Shown: one piece after another, positions 8,720 to 22,374 of the stretch
Numbering within the stretch: position 1 is the stretch's first letter
Layout of the letters: each line of letters begins with the position of its first letter
DNA from: Bugula neritina
Taxonomy: Eukaryota > Animalia > Bryozoa
Assembly (NCBI GenBank): GCA_964035545.1
Contig: OZ037765.1
Location: forward strand, 8,690,698 to 8,754,697
DNA: 64,000 nt
Direction: 5' to 3'
Translations under genes and position numbers: made by a program
The notes under the pieces: generated by a model
What the model was told of the DNA's origin: nothing
Seen by the model: only the letters and a program-made list of their open reading frames with translations
Databases searched by the model: none

Positions 8720-9868
8720 CCATAGGCTGTAACTCATTCTCATAACTGTAAGTAAAACTATTGAAATAATCATCATGATACCGATTAGTGATTATGAGGC
8801 AGGCTCTCACACTGAGACTAACTCTAAATCGATTACAGAGAAAATTTGTCTCTGGCTATACTAAGGCATTAAGGGCATAAAGCTATAGCTTATAGCCTTA
8901 TGCCTTTTCCATATTATTTGATTTCGTTAGAAATGTATTCATCCTAAAAGTAAATAGAATTTTTAAAATCGTATTGATATATTGTGCTAAAATTAATATA
9001 ATTATAATTTACTCTTGCAGTAAATTCTGCCATTTGCTATTACAAGACAACATAAAGCTTCAAACTTGGTTAAAACTAAAAGGTTAGATTCTTACCAGCT
9101 GCTGGCTAGCTAAACTATGGGTTAAAATGGCAGTGTGGGCTGAGATAAGCAGTATATAGAGTAATACTGGATAAACTCTCCACCTGAAAGCAGTAAAGTG
9201 TAAAGTGTAGTGTGTGAACTTTTCAACATTTTGTTCATTTAATAAAATGTTTTTTTTTTTATGAATTCCTAATGTTGAAGTAAGTGATTGGATAGTGTAC
9301 ATTGTAATTTTGAAAATAGAAATCATAGTTACTAATTTTCATGAAACACTTTATCATTATGTAAATAAGAAGTTTAATGACTTAAATGTGAGCTTCATAG
9401 ATTTTTGTACATGAGACCGTAACTCTTAAGGGTTTAAGAAATTAATTTACTTTCTGTTTACCCTGTAGATTTTCTTTTCTTTAGTTGAAATGCAAAACTC
9501 TTATATCTAGTCATATTATGCATTTGCAAATATGCTACAATTTTTAATGACTGATAATAATGCATTACTAACTGCCATATTTAGTTCTTTCGTGGTGGTA
9601 ATTTCACTCAATATTTTTCATGTTCTTACAAGTTTTTTTGGTCTTATTTAGTAAACTGTGACGAAAATTTTAAATAGGTATTGAAAATAATAAAATGTTA
9701 GCAGCTTACCTTATGGCCAAACATTGCAAAGTAAGAAAGCTTGCATGACGTCTACTGATAAGGAAGCCTAGCAGAGTTTCAATGTATTGAAATTATTCAT
9801 TGTAGGTGTATCTGAATGCAGTGATCATACATTCCATACATAAATTAGACCGTGACTTATGAAGAACT

Positions 9869-12800
9869 ATGACTTCTGCAGAAAAAGAGCATTTATTGAC
9901 CCTCAAAGGTAAATTCTAGTTGAGCTTTAAGAACTCGAAAATCAATATGTTTGTTTTCATGTACCTACTTTACCTGTCGAACTTTTTTATTGTTGCTAAA
10001 TGGAGCACTTGTAGAGCTGTAATCTTGCGTTAAATGATGTTTTATTCAAATTACAACTTTTATTATTTGCAGAAAAGTAATTTAATTCTCATGATTCCAT
10101 ATTTTCTATCCTTAACATTTTCTTTCCATATTCTAAAACAAGCGGTCAACATTTTAAAGTTATGAAATATTAGGAATAACACAATTCACAAAAAGCATTT
10201 CTAATTATAATAAAACTTTTCGTATATATTTTAAAAAGAATGGAATTTGTGATCACAACTAAAAATATGTTAAATACTTCGTATCTGAAGTTTATGCATA
10301 TGCACTCATCAGGTATATTTTAACTAAATTACTTGCGATGTTTGTACAACCATGTGTTTTGCATGATTTTTAACAAATGTAATGAAAATATTTAGATAGT
10401 ACTAATATGCAAGAGATTTTTTTAAACACGATAGGTCTGTATCAGTAAACTTCATTTGTCTAATATATAAAGTTCAAGTTTGTACATATTGTCATTTTCC
10501 ACCACAGTAGCCTACTGTGTATGACTTCCACCTTATTACTATAGTAAATTATTCTCTTCTGGTGTAATATCTGTGAAGCTGCTATTAGTCACTATGTGCG
10601 GAGAGATGCCCAAGCTTTGTGATTGACTTTTCAATAGTTTTCTCTTATCCCCATTGTCATCTGGAAGATTCGATGGCACTGCCATTTGCACTTCGGTTGC
10701 ATCTAACCCTCCCATATGAAAAGCATTTTGGGTTATTGTTGAAAAACTCTTTAGCATGGCTCTTTTTTGCTCCTTTTCCATATTAGTCTTGTGAAAATGC
10801 GAGAGCAAAATTTTCCTACACCTTTCTATAATGAACATCAGCACAAATGGCACTGGGGTGAAATATAAGACGGCCAAAGCTGCTGCTGATGCTAAATCTG
10901 CATCTGGTTGCTGCAGAGTAAACCTCAGTGCTACTAAAACAACAATACTGTTAAATATTGACGAGTTGATGGCCAATGTTTTAGTAGACTCTTTTTTCTC
11001 TCTGCAAGCTATCATTAAAAGACCACTCACTGTAAAACCAATAAAAGGAATGCCACCAGCAGCAAACAAAGATGACTTTTGAAGTATATGGAACGCATAA
11101 ATGTTTATATAAAGTCCCAGCGTAATAAATAGTATAAAAGCCAGTAATAAAGCTGGTTTTATTAACCAGTTTAAAAAAGCTTCAGATATCTCCTGGTGTC
11201 TTCGCCTTACTCCAGCACCACATGCAAATGGTATAAGAAATCCTATGAGCCAGAATACCAAAAAATATGTTGTAGTTTCATCATTGGCAAGGTCATTGGT
11301 GAGTAATCCATTCATACTATATAAGTAGATAGGAACTATGCCTGTAAAATATAGCAATGTAGTACCTATGTTATTAATTCCAGCTCACTATATTTATTTA
11401 GATTGCTGATGTATATGCAGATGTATTTCATGTTTTTATAATTAGTTGAGAAATGTAGTTTACCTATTGGTATGAGAAGTTGTAGAACATTTAATGTTAC
11501 ACTTAATTCCACATCTGTATTTTCTGCTATAGATACTATCAGGTGTCCTAATCCCCCTCCTGGAACACTTGATATTAAAAAGAATCCAAGAACCAGCTCA
11601 TTCTGAATACCAGCTGCAATTTTCACCACTCCCAATATTGTCTAAAATATAAAGAAATGCATATGCCCACCAAACTTTCTAATGAATATTCAATATAAGC
11701 TAATACTATTCAGCATGTCAATAAAAAGGGGCAGCAACCTTATTTAGTTCTACTCACCAAAGGTATTGCAACATATTGGCTAACTGTAGATATTAAAATC
11801 TGCTTTTTTCGTTTAATTACTTGCTTCACGAGATTAATGTCAGTCATACATCCAACTGCAAATGTATTGAGTACACCCAAAATCAGCATTGCAACATTAA
11901 AAGCCAAGTCAACTGTACGAGTCTTTCTCACTATAACCAGTTGGTATTCAATTGATTCCAACACACTAGTGTTGTTGTTTGAAGTTGTTTCCACTATTTG
12001 TATGTAATATTTTTCGTATCCCAACATTTCTGTGTTGATATCAAAGGTGAAATCTTTCAAACTAATGGTTTCATTGCTCGTTTTGTTTTTAGGATGTTGT
12101 GGTATTAATTTCGTGTTGCTGCTAGTCTGTGGCTGGTTGCTGTTCGTTTGTTCATACTCTATTCCAATATAAATACTGCTATTTGCATTCTGTCTTGCAG
12201 TGATATATTGTTGAGCAGCAGCCTGGAGTCTTATGATTATGACTCTCACTTCATATTGGTTAACTTGAGAGCCACTAGTAGGATGTAATGTTATGTATTT
12301 GTTTAAAGACGGTATGGAGGAAGACGTAGAATTTTCCCACCCAAATCCATTTGTAATAAGGAAACCGATTATAATCAGTAATAAGTCTCTGTTCATCATA
12401 AAGAATTTGTCTCCAAATCCTGTAAATATGTAAACCAAGTTGAAGTTTCTATATGACAGCAAAGAGGATTAGTGTCAGCTAAATGCTTTTCATTTTTATT
12501 TTTTCATTTTTATATTTACAGTGAAATTAAATTCACCTATAGTTTTAAGACTGCTTTCTTTCATTTTTGTCTTTGAGTTAACTTAAATGTTGTATATGAA
12601 TGTTAAAATACTGAGCACTAACAAGATTGCTTAATTTCATAGACAATAAATAAAATCTAGTAAAAATAGAAAATACATAATTTTAAATGGATGTGTTGGT
12701 TTAAAATTCAACATAGTACACTAACACTAGATACTATATATTGTATAAATTTTATAGATACACTTGATCTATTGGCAAATGTAAATGGTACACTAGAATG

Positions 12801-15800
12801 CTCTTTTTTTAATAAGCTTTAAATACTAATGGATGAGTTCAATAGTATTTATCATACACATATATGTGATAAAGTCACAATAAAATGAATCTATACCTCT
12901 CACCTACCAGGTGTTCTGTTTCTTTCTGTCCACTGTCTCTACTGACACATCTGCTCTGGGCTGCCTCATAAAGGCCACTGATCTATATTCTATACTAGTT
13001 AAAGTTCAGGTGTAAACATAGCAGCATCTAATAACTGCATCATTAGTAGAGAACAAGCATGTAATCAATGTATTGAAATAATGTGAGCTACAAACATTCT
13101 GCCAGCTTTATATTTACCTATAATCTTAGCGGGCTTGACTGGACTTAATTAAATTGATTAGATGTTTTGCACTCAATTGCAACAGTATTACAGCAATGTA
13201 ACATTCTTGATTGATACTTTTATGAACTACAAACAGCTGATTTAAAAGCTTTTCCAATAAGGTATCTTAAAAATACAAATTTACAAGATAATTATTTTTG
13301 ATTATTAGTTTAGCTATATGATTTATGTCAGAAACTTTGAATAGCAATTTCAGCCAAACAAAATAAAGTTACATTCAATATAACAAATAGCTTTATTGAC
13401 GCAAATCTGTCTGGTAATACTTGATTAATTTATGCTTGGCTAGTGTTTTAGTTTGCCTTAACCAGTTAGATTGCTGCTAAAATATTTCACTAAGCTATTT
13501 ATACAGACTGTTTGCATAAATATATTTGTATGTGTTTTTAATTGAGATTGTGGCATAATGTTTAGATAACACGATTGTAAAATATAAACCTTATCTCTAC
13601 TATATTTTTGTACATATAATAATCAAATCTTATGCAACAGAAATTGAAATTTATCTAAATTTTTAGGCAAAAAAACTCTATGCTTAGTCTTTGTGTACTT
13701 TTATTAATTAAAAAAGCATAAGCCATGCTAATGTAGAGCCTTCCGAGGTCAAAATGCTTATAGAAAATTCACTTAGTTGAAGTAAAGTTTTTGACCTGCA
13801 TGTCAACAAACTACTCAATAGCAAAGTGTTTTGCACTCCACTGTACACATGTAATGTATGTAGCTTTGGCGTTGGCCATGAATTTATACTCCCATCATTG
13901 ATTTTGCCAGAATGCAGTTTTCTTACTTGCATATGTAATTCTAGCTATGTCTTTGTATAGTGATGAGGTTGACAAAGCCTAGCCTCGGAAGAGCGAACCT
14001 TGTGTATCTAGATGGAAGGGACGTGGATGGCCCAGAAGATCCTTACCTTATAACAAATCAAAATGACGCTAATGTGATATCCCTTACACCTTACGAGTCC
14101 AACAGTCCTGCCTTATTACTACCTCAAAGTTTTGGGTTTGTATTTTTATTTGTGGTATAGTTTTCTTACTAAATATTATTATGAGTGTAATGATCTAATT
14201 TGAATCATAAATTATATATGTTTAATTGTTATAGTTTTTATCGAAGCAAAAAGTGCCTCAAGTAAACCCTGCTGTCAACAGTTCTTTGGGGTCTTGATAC
14301 AGTCCATTAGTTACAAATATACTATGATTTTCTTAAGATTCTTGTCATAATTTCTTGCATGAGAGTCTGTGTATGTACTCTGGAAATCTGTGTATCCCAA
14401 GTCTATTATTGCCAATATAGAACTAATATGAGCATTAAAGCTACACCGGAAAAGCGTTTTAGGCCATAACTTTATGCTCTTGTTTACATATGATAATATT
14501 TTAGACATTTTATTACCTCATTTTAGAAACATATTCCTTGGGGAGACATTTTCATCGTATATTAGCATCCATAATGCAAGTGAAGCTGCCTGCCGTAATG
14601 TCTCTGTTAAGGTTAGTGGTGTAGACTGCAGTCTGTAATAGCCCTGATGTTGATATAACTAATCGTCTCTAACATTTAGTTGGTAAGCAATTAGTTGGCT
14701 CTAAGACTACATGTTAAGTCTGGCATAAATTGTAATATTGTTTGTTGTGGTGTAGATTGAGTTACAGACGAATAACAACAGACACGTGTTGTCAACAAAT
14801 CGTAATACGGTGTCAGAAGTCTCAGCAGGCCAGTGTTTGGAGGAAGTCATCAGCCATGAAGTTAAAGAAATGGGGACTCATATGTAAGCTGTTTCTTGTA
14901 TATGAAATATGCTTAGTAATAAATATGATAGTCAGGAAGCTCTTAAGGCTTGCCACTGATTTGGGGTCCATCAAGCTTTTGGAGTCTTGCTATCTATTTG
15001 CTAAATATCAAAGCATTCTGAAAGTAGTTATCTGTTTAAGGCAATTTGTTTTTTAATGGATATAAATGTTAAATTGAGTGTTGGTAGGTGCATATATACA
15101 GTTAGTTGACTTGAAGTGCATTGGAAATATTCATATCTTATAGAATGGTCTGTACAATAAACTACACTGCTCCTTCCGCACCAAAGCTTGAGTTACGAAA
15201 ATTCTTCAAATTTCAGGTAAATACTTTTTCACTGTAACTGTGAGATTTAGCTGTTATTAAATTGTAATTTTTGTGCGAGCTTTTATTTATTTTCAATTCT
15301 TTCATTTAGGTGTTAAAACCACTGGAGTTGAAGACAAAGTTTATTAATGCAGAGGTATGTTGTTGTGTGTTCAACTGGTGTGCAAGTAATACCTCACTAA
15401 TAGTTATAATTATAGATAAAGCCTCTAAAATTATTTTCCATAGTTGGTCTTTGAAATACAAATTATTATTGGCTATGTAATCAAGTAATCAATAACTAAC
15501 TTGACATTTTAAATCTAATGTTGCCTCAGTAATTGGCTTCAACTTAATGTTTTAAATAGTAGTTTCGGTTGCACTTCAACTTTCTACCAATATGGTGATT
15601 TAGGATATAGCTTAAACCATGCCTATATTTATTTAGCAATAAATTGAAAATTATGTATCCAATCTTGTGGATTTTCTTTTGTTAAATGATTGTTATTTGC
15701 CATGAAGAATTAAATAGTATCAAGACAGTAGCTTTTTGCAGCATGTGGAAGCTTTTGTCTGGACACAATAATGGAGTGATTGTTGCAGCCAGTCAATGGC

Positions 15801-18207
15801 GAATGTTTTTTTTTAGATTATACCAAATATTTTGTGAGTAAGAGAAATGATATAACATGTGCTGTATTAGACAGGTGACGTATACCTTGAAGCTCAAATA
15901 CAGAACATAACTCCTACAGGAATTTATCTTGAAAAAGTAGCCTTAGAGCCTGCCCCTGAATTTGTGTCTCAAGATCTCAGTCATACTAATGATGAGTAAG
16001 TTTCCATCTTTGTAGTATATTTGCTGAGTGATTTTATTTGAAATTTGAATTTTGTAGCCTATTGCTTTCAAAGGTTAGTTGAAAATGTACCATATTTTGT
16101 AGTTACTGAAATATTCAGTTAAATGCAAAAAAAAATGTTTTTTTAGTAACTAAATATAATGTATATTCTAACTCTTAAGTTCAAATTATGTCATTGGGAT
16201 TTCTGGGTCAGGCTGTCATGTTTTATTAAAAATAATTTATAACAGTTGTGTTGTAAATATTTTTCCAGAGATCCTTTTGAAAGGTACATTAACCCATTAG
16301 ATATGTACCAGTTCCTGTTCAGAGTTTCTCCCAAGTTGGAGATTCAAAACACTCCAAAGGTAAACTTTATTAAAACTCTTTTTATAAATAAGTTTTTAGC
16401 AAATTGTTTTCTAACTTTTATCATTAGCCATTTTTAACATTCCAAGGTTTTCAACCACCATTTCACCCCTGTTTTGTACTATGTGAATGTATGTAATTCT
16501 GTGAAGTAGGAAGACAAAAGGTCTGAAAAGGTATCTAAGGTCTTGAATAATACATGTAGGGGAGGGAGATTTATCCTCTTTTATTGAGGATTTTATCAGC
16601 ATGTGTGAATTTCAATCTCCCTAGCACATGTTGGACACAACAACAGCACTGAACACTTATTCTAGCTGTAGTATGAATGCTATAGGAAGGCATGTTCATG
16701 TAATCCAGATACTGTATTGTTCTCTAGTTACTAAAAGAGACTGCTGCAATGGGCAAGTTGGATATTCACTGGAGAAGCAACATGGGAGAGAAGGGCCGTC
16801 TTCAAACCTCCTCCTTGCAAAGGACAATACCTGGCAGTGGAGATATTAAGCTAACTGTAAAATCTATGCAATCAACAGTAGACTTGGAGCAATCAGTGGA
16901 TATTAAGTTTCAGATTACCAATTGCAGGTAGCAGAATCATCAGCATTAACATATATACTGCTTTGTGTCCAGTACAACATTTTTTTCTCTTCATACTGAA
17001 CAAAAAATATGAAAAAATTTTATTGTATTGCTGGTCATGAGAATGACTGTTATAACAAAGTGGTCTAGTAGTTAGAGCATAGACTAGTGTCGTGGGTTCG
17101 AGTTAAGGTCATTGGTGAAGAGTATCTGGTCATAATTGCTTCTGTGCCGCCTTGAAAGCCCTCAAACCATGTTGTCAACATTGTACGAGTTCTTAGCCCT
17201 CCTAAACTCTTTAATAATCAGGAGTTCTCAAAGGGATTGAGTTCATCAGTTTCCAGTAGGATTTAGTCTGACCTTGGTATAGGTGTATAGGCATTCATTT
17301 TGGTTATTTTGGTTCTGTAATGGACAGTATTATTATTTTTTTCGATACAGTTCCGTAGTTTTTAAGTATTTCCAGTGATTTTTAAGTTGTATTTTGAGAC
17401 TATGTGGTCCCGAAACCAACGCTTTACATCCCTGTACCAACAGATGAAATGAGCTTCACTGTGGCCGCAGAACATACCCTTTTAGATTACACTAATTGCT
17501 AGTTTCTACTAATTTCAGTGAAAGAAAAATGGATCTAAGAATAGAGCTACTCAACAGCCAGCCATGTGGTGAGCCCTATGTTATGCTACTGTATTCTCAG
17601 AAACTATCTAAACTCCACAGAAATTACAACGTAGTTTACTGATTTCCTTACAGTAGTACAAGAATGTTGAAATGTCAGGCAGCATAATTCATATAATAAA
17701 TCTAATTATTCAACTACTAATTAATACAATCATAGTGTTTCAGAGCTACTAGATACGGTTTTTGTCTAAAAATAGTAGTTCAATTACCTAATTAACTTTT
17801 GATTGCATGTGTAGGTATTCTGTGGACTGGCATATCAGGAAGGCAGCTTGGGACGCTGGAGGCAAACAAATCAATTGTGTTGAACTACACATTCGTACCC
17901 ATTAAGCCAGGTCTACAGGTATACCTTGTTTTCATTGTTGAATGGTTGTAATTTTTCATTGAAGGAATGGCAGATCTTTTACAATGTAGATAGTTCACAA
18001 TGATGCTAATACTCTGTACTGTGACATCTAAGCCTGTTAATGGAGTATTTTCTTAAAATATATTCATAGTACTATGTAAAGTTTCCAAAACCAACACAAA
18101 CTATCTGCATTTCTTGTTTGTAGTCAGTCTCTGGGATAAGAATTGTGGATGTATTCCTGAAGAAGACTCATGAATATGATAATATTGCCCACATATTTGT
18201 CAAATAA
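9869..18207 (+). CDS. TRAPPC13: Trafficking protein particle complex subunit 13 (12 coding exons)
   Basis: Exons 9869-9908, 13961-14135, 14527-14611, 14756-14883, 15144-15216, 15310-15354, 15871-15995, 16269-16359, 16728-16927, 17519-17568, 17815-17918 and 18124-18207, all GT-AG and in phase. Motifs EHLLTLKVMRLTKP, LPQSFGNIFLGETFSSYI, RKFFKFQVLKPL, GKLDIHWRSNMGEKGRLQTS. Confidence 0.95.
10539..12399 (-). CDS. SLC10 bile acid:sodium symporter family protein, divergent, with signal peptide and long N-terminal ectodomain (3 coding exons)
   Basis: Exons 12399-11758, 11641-11464 and 11341-10539 join in phase. Multi-TM protein with SQYVAIPL, PGGG, DVELSV and LRFTLQQPDADLA motifs typical of invertebrate SLC10. 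Confidence 0.88.
17060..17240 (+). mobile_element. tRNA-derived SINE, copy 1 (TRAPPC13 intron)
   Basis: A-box-like TGGTCTAGTAGTTAGAGC and B-box-like GGTTCGAGT. The body GAAGAGTATCTGGTCATAATTGCTTCTGTGCC matches the copy at 46470-46660. Confidence 0.65.
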
Positions 18208-18552
18208 TAAGAGTAATTTATTGACTTTTTTATCTTTTTATTTAATTATTAATTAAATACAAGTCATAATTTTTTTAACTTAATACCAAAGGTGCTGTAA
18301 TTCGGTTGAACATTTTTTTGATGGGAGTAGTTTTTCATTTTTGAAAACTTACTAGTGTGCAATATTAATGATTGCCATTCAATTGTTCGAGTCATAAAAT
18401 AAGACAACTCCGCAACAGACACATTCTATTGCAATACTTCAGAACCAATTGTTACTCGTTGCTCAACAATGGTGGGTAGCCGATTGTTTCCATTCTTCGC
18501 ATTCTTCACAAAATTCTCTCAACTGCGCCAGCTTTGAAAGTGATAGCTTCAT

Positions 18553-21332
18553 TCAATCTTCATCATCGCTCCATGTATCAGCCAGCACTGAAGATAACAT
18601 ATTCTGTTCCGTACTAGCTGTCTGGGATGAGCTCGCAGCTACTCCGTTACTCATTCCATGACTTGACTTGGGCTTAGGTTGCTCCAAGTCTTGCAGATAG
18701 AGGCTCTCTGCACGGTGATCTGGAGTCCACACTAACAAATTTCTATCATTGGAGCCGCTATACACCTATTAAAGAAGAGTAAAATAAAATAAATCAGCAT
18801 CGTGCTCTGTTCCTGTAACATTTAGGGAAAGCATACACACTACAACTCATGTTTGAAAGAGGAAGTGCTGCAGATCAAAACAACATTGCACTTAACAAGA
18901 AACCTTGTATATATTTGGTACCTCGTGAGTAAATGGGTTGTAGTGACAACAGTTGACTTGTCTAAAGTGACCACTTAGTGTCTTGATATGCTGTCCGCTC
19001 AGTACATCAAATGATTTTATTTTCTCCCCTATAATCAAAATAATGTACGGCACAGCATATATAGACTATGGCTAAAATTATTGTTGTATGTTAGTTCAAT
19101 CAAATTGGTGAAAATTTAATGTTAGGTAAATTTTGATATATGAGCTCATTTATGCAGATGGATACAGACTTCCATAAGGAACACTTATTCAAAGAAACAA
19201 TACTGTCAAGACATATGTGATGACATTCGGGAAAAATGCTTTACCTTCTGGAATATATAGAACCGGCTCATTAGTAGCTGAGGAAACGGCCATTTTCAGG
19301 CATCTCTGCACATCATTGTAAACTTTGCCATAATTCACCAGCATGTTGGTTCCTAAACAACAAGTTATTTATATAATAGCATGCCGTCCATCGGTTTGTT
19401 CCAATAAAGGAATTCATTTATTTAACATTTTTTATGAAAAGAAATAGCAGCAACCTGAAAAAGTATCCCAGAAACGAACTACTCCATCTGATCCATAGCT
19501 CAGCAACCCATATCCTGTTTCCAGAAACTTGGTAGCTAGTACATGCCCAGTGTGGGCACAGCCCACTGAAATTATAGACATTAGTTTATTATATGCATAA
19601 AGACAAGGAAAAAGTAACTCAACTTTTATGAGGGTTATAGAGTTGGTCCCATACCTGACTTGGCACCATTATGCTGATCTAAAGCCAACATTTGACCTTT
19701 AGCCATTCGAATATCCCAGAATAAAATCTTGCCATCGAGACTGGAATAACAGATGGGACAGAATAACATAACAAACACAAACTTATCTACCATTACAATG
19801 TGATTACAAATCATACCATTCTAACCTGCCTGTTGTAACTACAAAAGGGAGACAAGGAGACCATTGAACACAGTAAACTGAGTCATTGTGCCCGCGCAAA
19901 ATCTGTATACTGGAGCCAGTCCTCATGTCTATCAACTTGGCTTGGGAAGAACTTGTGCCAACTATAATGAGGTTGTGTTCGGTGGCGCATGTAGACATGT
20001 GATGGCTGTACACTATTCCACTGAACTCATAGGTTTCTGCTGGCTAAAATACACAAGGCAGACACAGATTACTGCGTGAACATCGGATTCATTCTGAAAA
20101 TTAAGTTTATTTCAGACAGCCATGTATATGCATGAAAATTTGAAGATGTATTTTATTGAGCAAACTGCGCAAATCAAAAATGTCTGATATTCCAGCAAAT
20201 ACACACGTCAATGGTTGGCTAACATAGCAACTGATACCAGTGTACCAACTTTACAGTTTTCAAACGCAGGCATCAAAAGGTAAATTCAAAAATGGGAAAA
20301 TCATAATGAACTAAGACTAACATCAACAGAAAATATTTACTGAGAAGACAATCCCTTTACCCAAACAAAATAATTTACTTGATGCTTACCACCTGCATTG
20401 ATGCAACCATTAAGACTCTAAGACCATTAAGCTCTAAATTTGTCTTGGTTTTTTAATGTTAAAAAATGCTTTTACTACTAAGAATTAGAAGATAATAGCA
20501 AGTTCATAGAATCACACAACTAGATTGTTCTTTTTTTAAATATTTAGCTGAATTGATACACATTACATACCACAAGTGTATTAGCATCCCATATTTTCAA
20601 CACCTTGTCACTTCCGCTTGATGTGAAGAGACCATTGTCATATGGGTACCACTGTAACGTTTCTACACTGAAAATTGTATGAGACGTTACTCCATTTAAA
20701 TGGCACTGCAGTATTCTTCATACATAATCTTATAACTATGGTAGCTCAAAGCTAAGCTCTATAATAGACCAGCTAAAAACAATAGAATTCCCCTCGTCCA
20801 ATAAAAGAACTTGGGTAATTTCCATAACTGATTCATCATAATATTCAAAAGTACAGCATTGAATGACTTAAAATAGTGAAATGTATTCAAATACAAACAC
20901 TTGCCTAAACTTATGTTTGTGCTCAGTTGATACAGATGATACAACTTCATACTGATGTTGTGGAATACCACTGCAGTTCCAAGTATCGTAGATCACAATG
21001 GCGCCTTTGCCACCACCAGTGAGAAGGCTACACAATTTATAAAAAGTACATCACCAACATAATGTGAAAACAGCCTAAAGCTAAATTGAAAATGCTTAAA
21101 CGAGTATAAACTAAAACATACATATTATTCAAAGAAGCAGAATATCAACTTACTATCTTCCCTCAACAAGCTCCAGCTCTACACAATTGACTCCACCATT
21201 ATGAGATCTAGCAAAGTCTTTCAATTTACAAGTATCTAGCATCATACTTCGCTGAGTTGATTGTATTGCTTCAACTTCTTTAGGTTTGCATAAACCAGTC
21301 TCTCGTAGAGCCAACACAGTCATCATAGCCAT
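18553..21332 (-). CDS. ERCC8: DNA excision repair protein ERCC-8 / Cockayne syndrome A, WD40 protein (about 9 coding exons)
   Basis: [67 protein letters not shown] and the C-terminal DTWSDDED match the CSA family. The start was taken at the first ATG (21332). Confidence 0.95.
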
Positions 21333-22374
21333 GATACTCACAATTTTAGTAAAGTTGCTCCACTTTGAAAAGCCGCTAACTTATTGCAGGTACCAGACTA
21401 CTATGTATCCCAACAGAAGTCGTATTTCTACAGCACATAATAGATATTTTCTAGACATCACCATCACTATGAGTGTCGCACGCCGACTTACGAGTGTAGA
21501 ATAAGAATAACAGTGACATCTACTTTATTTATAAAATATAAATGCCTAAAGTGTAAAGGGTTTGGTTCACAACCTACTTGTTTTAATCCTTATTAACTAC
21601 ACACACTCTCTAGTTCAAACTTGAATTGAAAGTTAAAGTCAAAATTTATAAATTTAAACAATGAGCCTGACTGAGCATTTCTATTGTGATTGTCACAATG
21701 ACAATGAAATTGAAAATGCTCAGTCAGCAATTTGCTGTAACACTAGCTGAGTAGCAGGAACTCAAACTGTAAGTATAAATTTGTAAATACCAATAGTTAT
21801 AGTACTTATAGGGCATTGGGTTGACAATCCTACAAGTACAACCACATTATGATAATAATATAAAGATTAAAATAATAATACTGTGATAATAGTTTATGTA
21901 AAGCACGGTAACAATTTTGTAAATTAGTAACAGATAAATCACTAAAAGTAAAAGTAAATGAGTTGAAGAACTTGGGGCAATTATTATGAATTGTAAACGA
22001 GACTCGTTAGAAGCAGCACATAGTTACGAATTATTGAGTGCAGTTTTTGTACGGACAACATTGTCCGAACTCCAAAAATGATATCTCTAGATCTCTACAC
22101 TCAGTGACCACCAATGAGGTGCTTCTTCGAGCGATTTTTAATGTGTAGCTTTTTTTGTAATAAAACGGAATATGAAACGTATTCCAATTCGATGCTTTTT
22201 CGGTTAAAGTCTGAGGCTTAAAATTAAAGAAGATAACTCGTTAACAAAAATATTATTGCGAAATTTTAATAGCCTGCGTCCTACGCAAGTCAACAGTTTA
22301 AACTAAACTACACATCTATGGTTTTTGATAAGTTTGAAAACACAATATAAAATTTAAGACTATCAACTTATAAG

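Noticed and set aside
17060-17110. Functional tRNA gene
   Set aside because: The A/B-box-like motifs do not fold into a cloverleaf and continue into a SINE body shared with 46470-46660.
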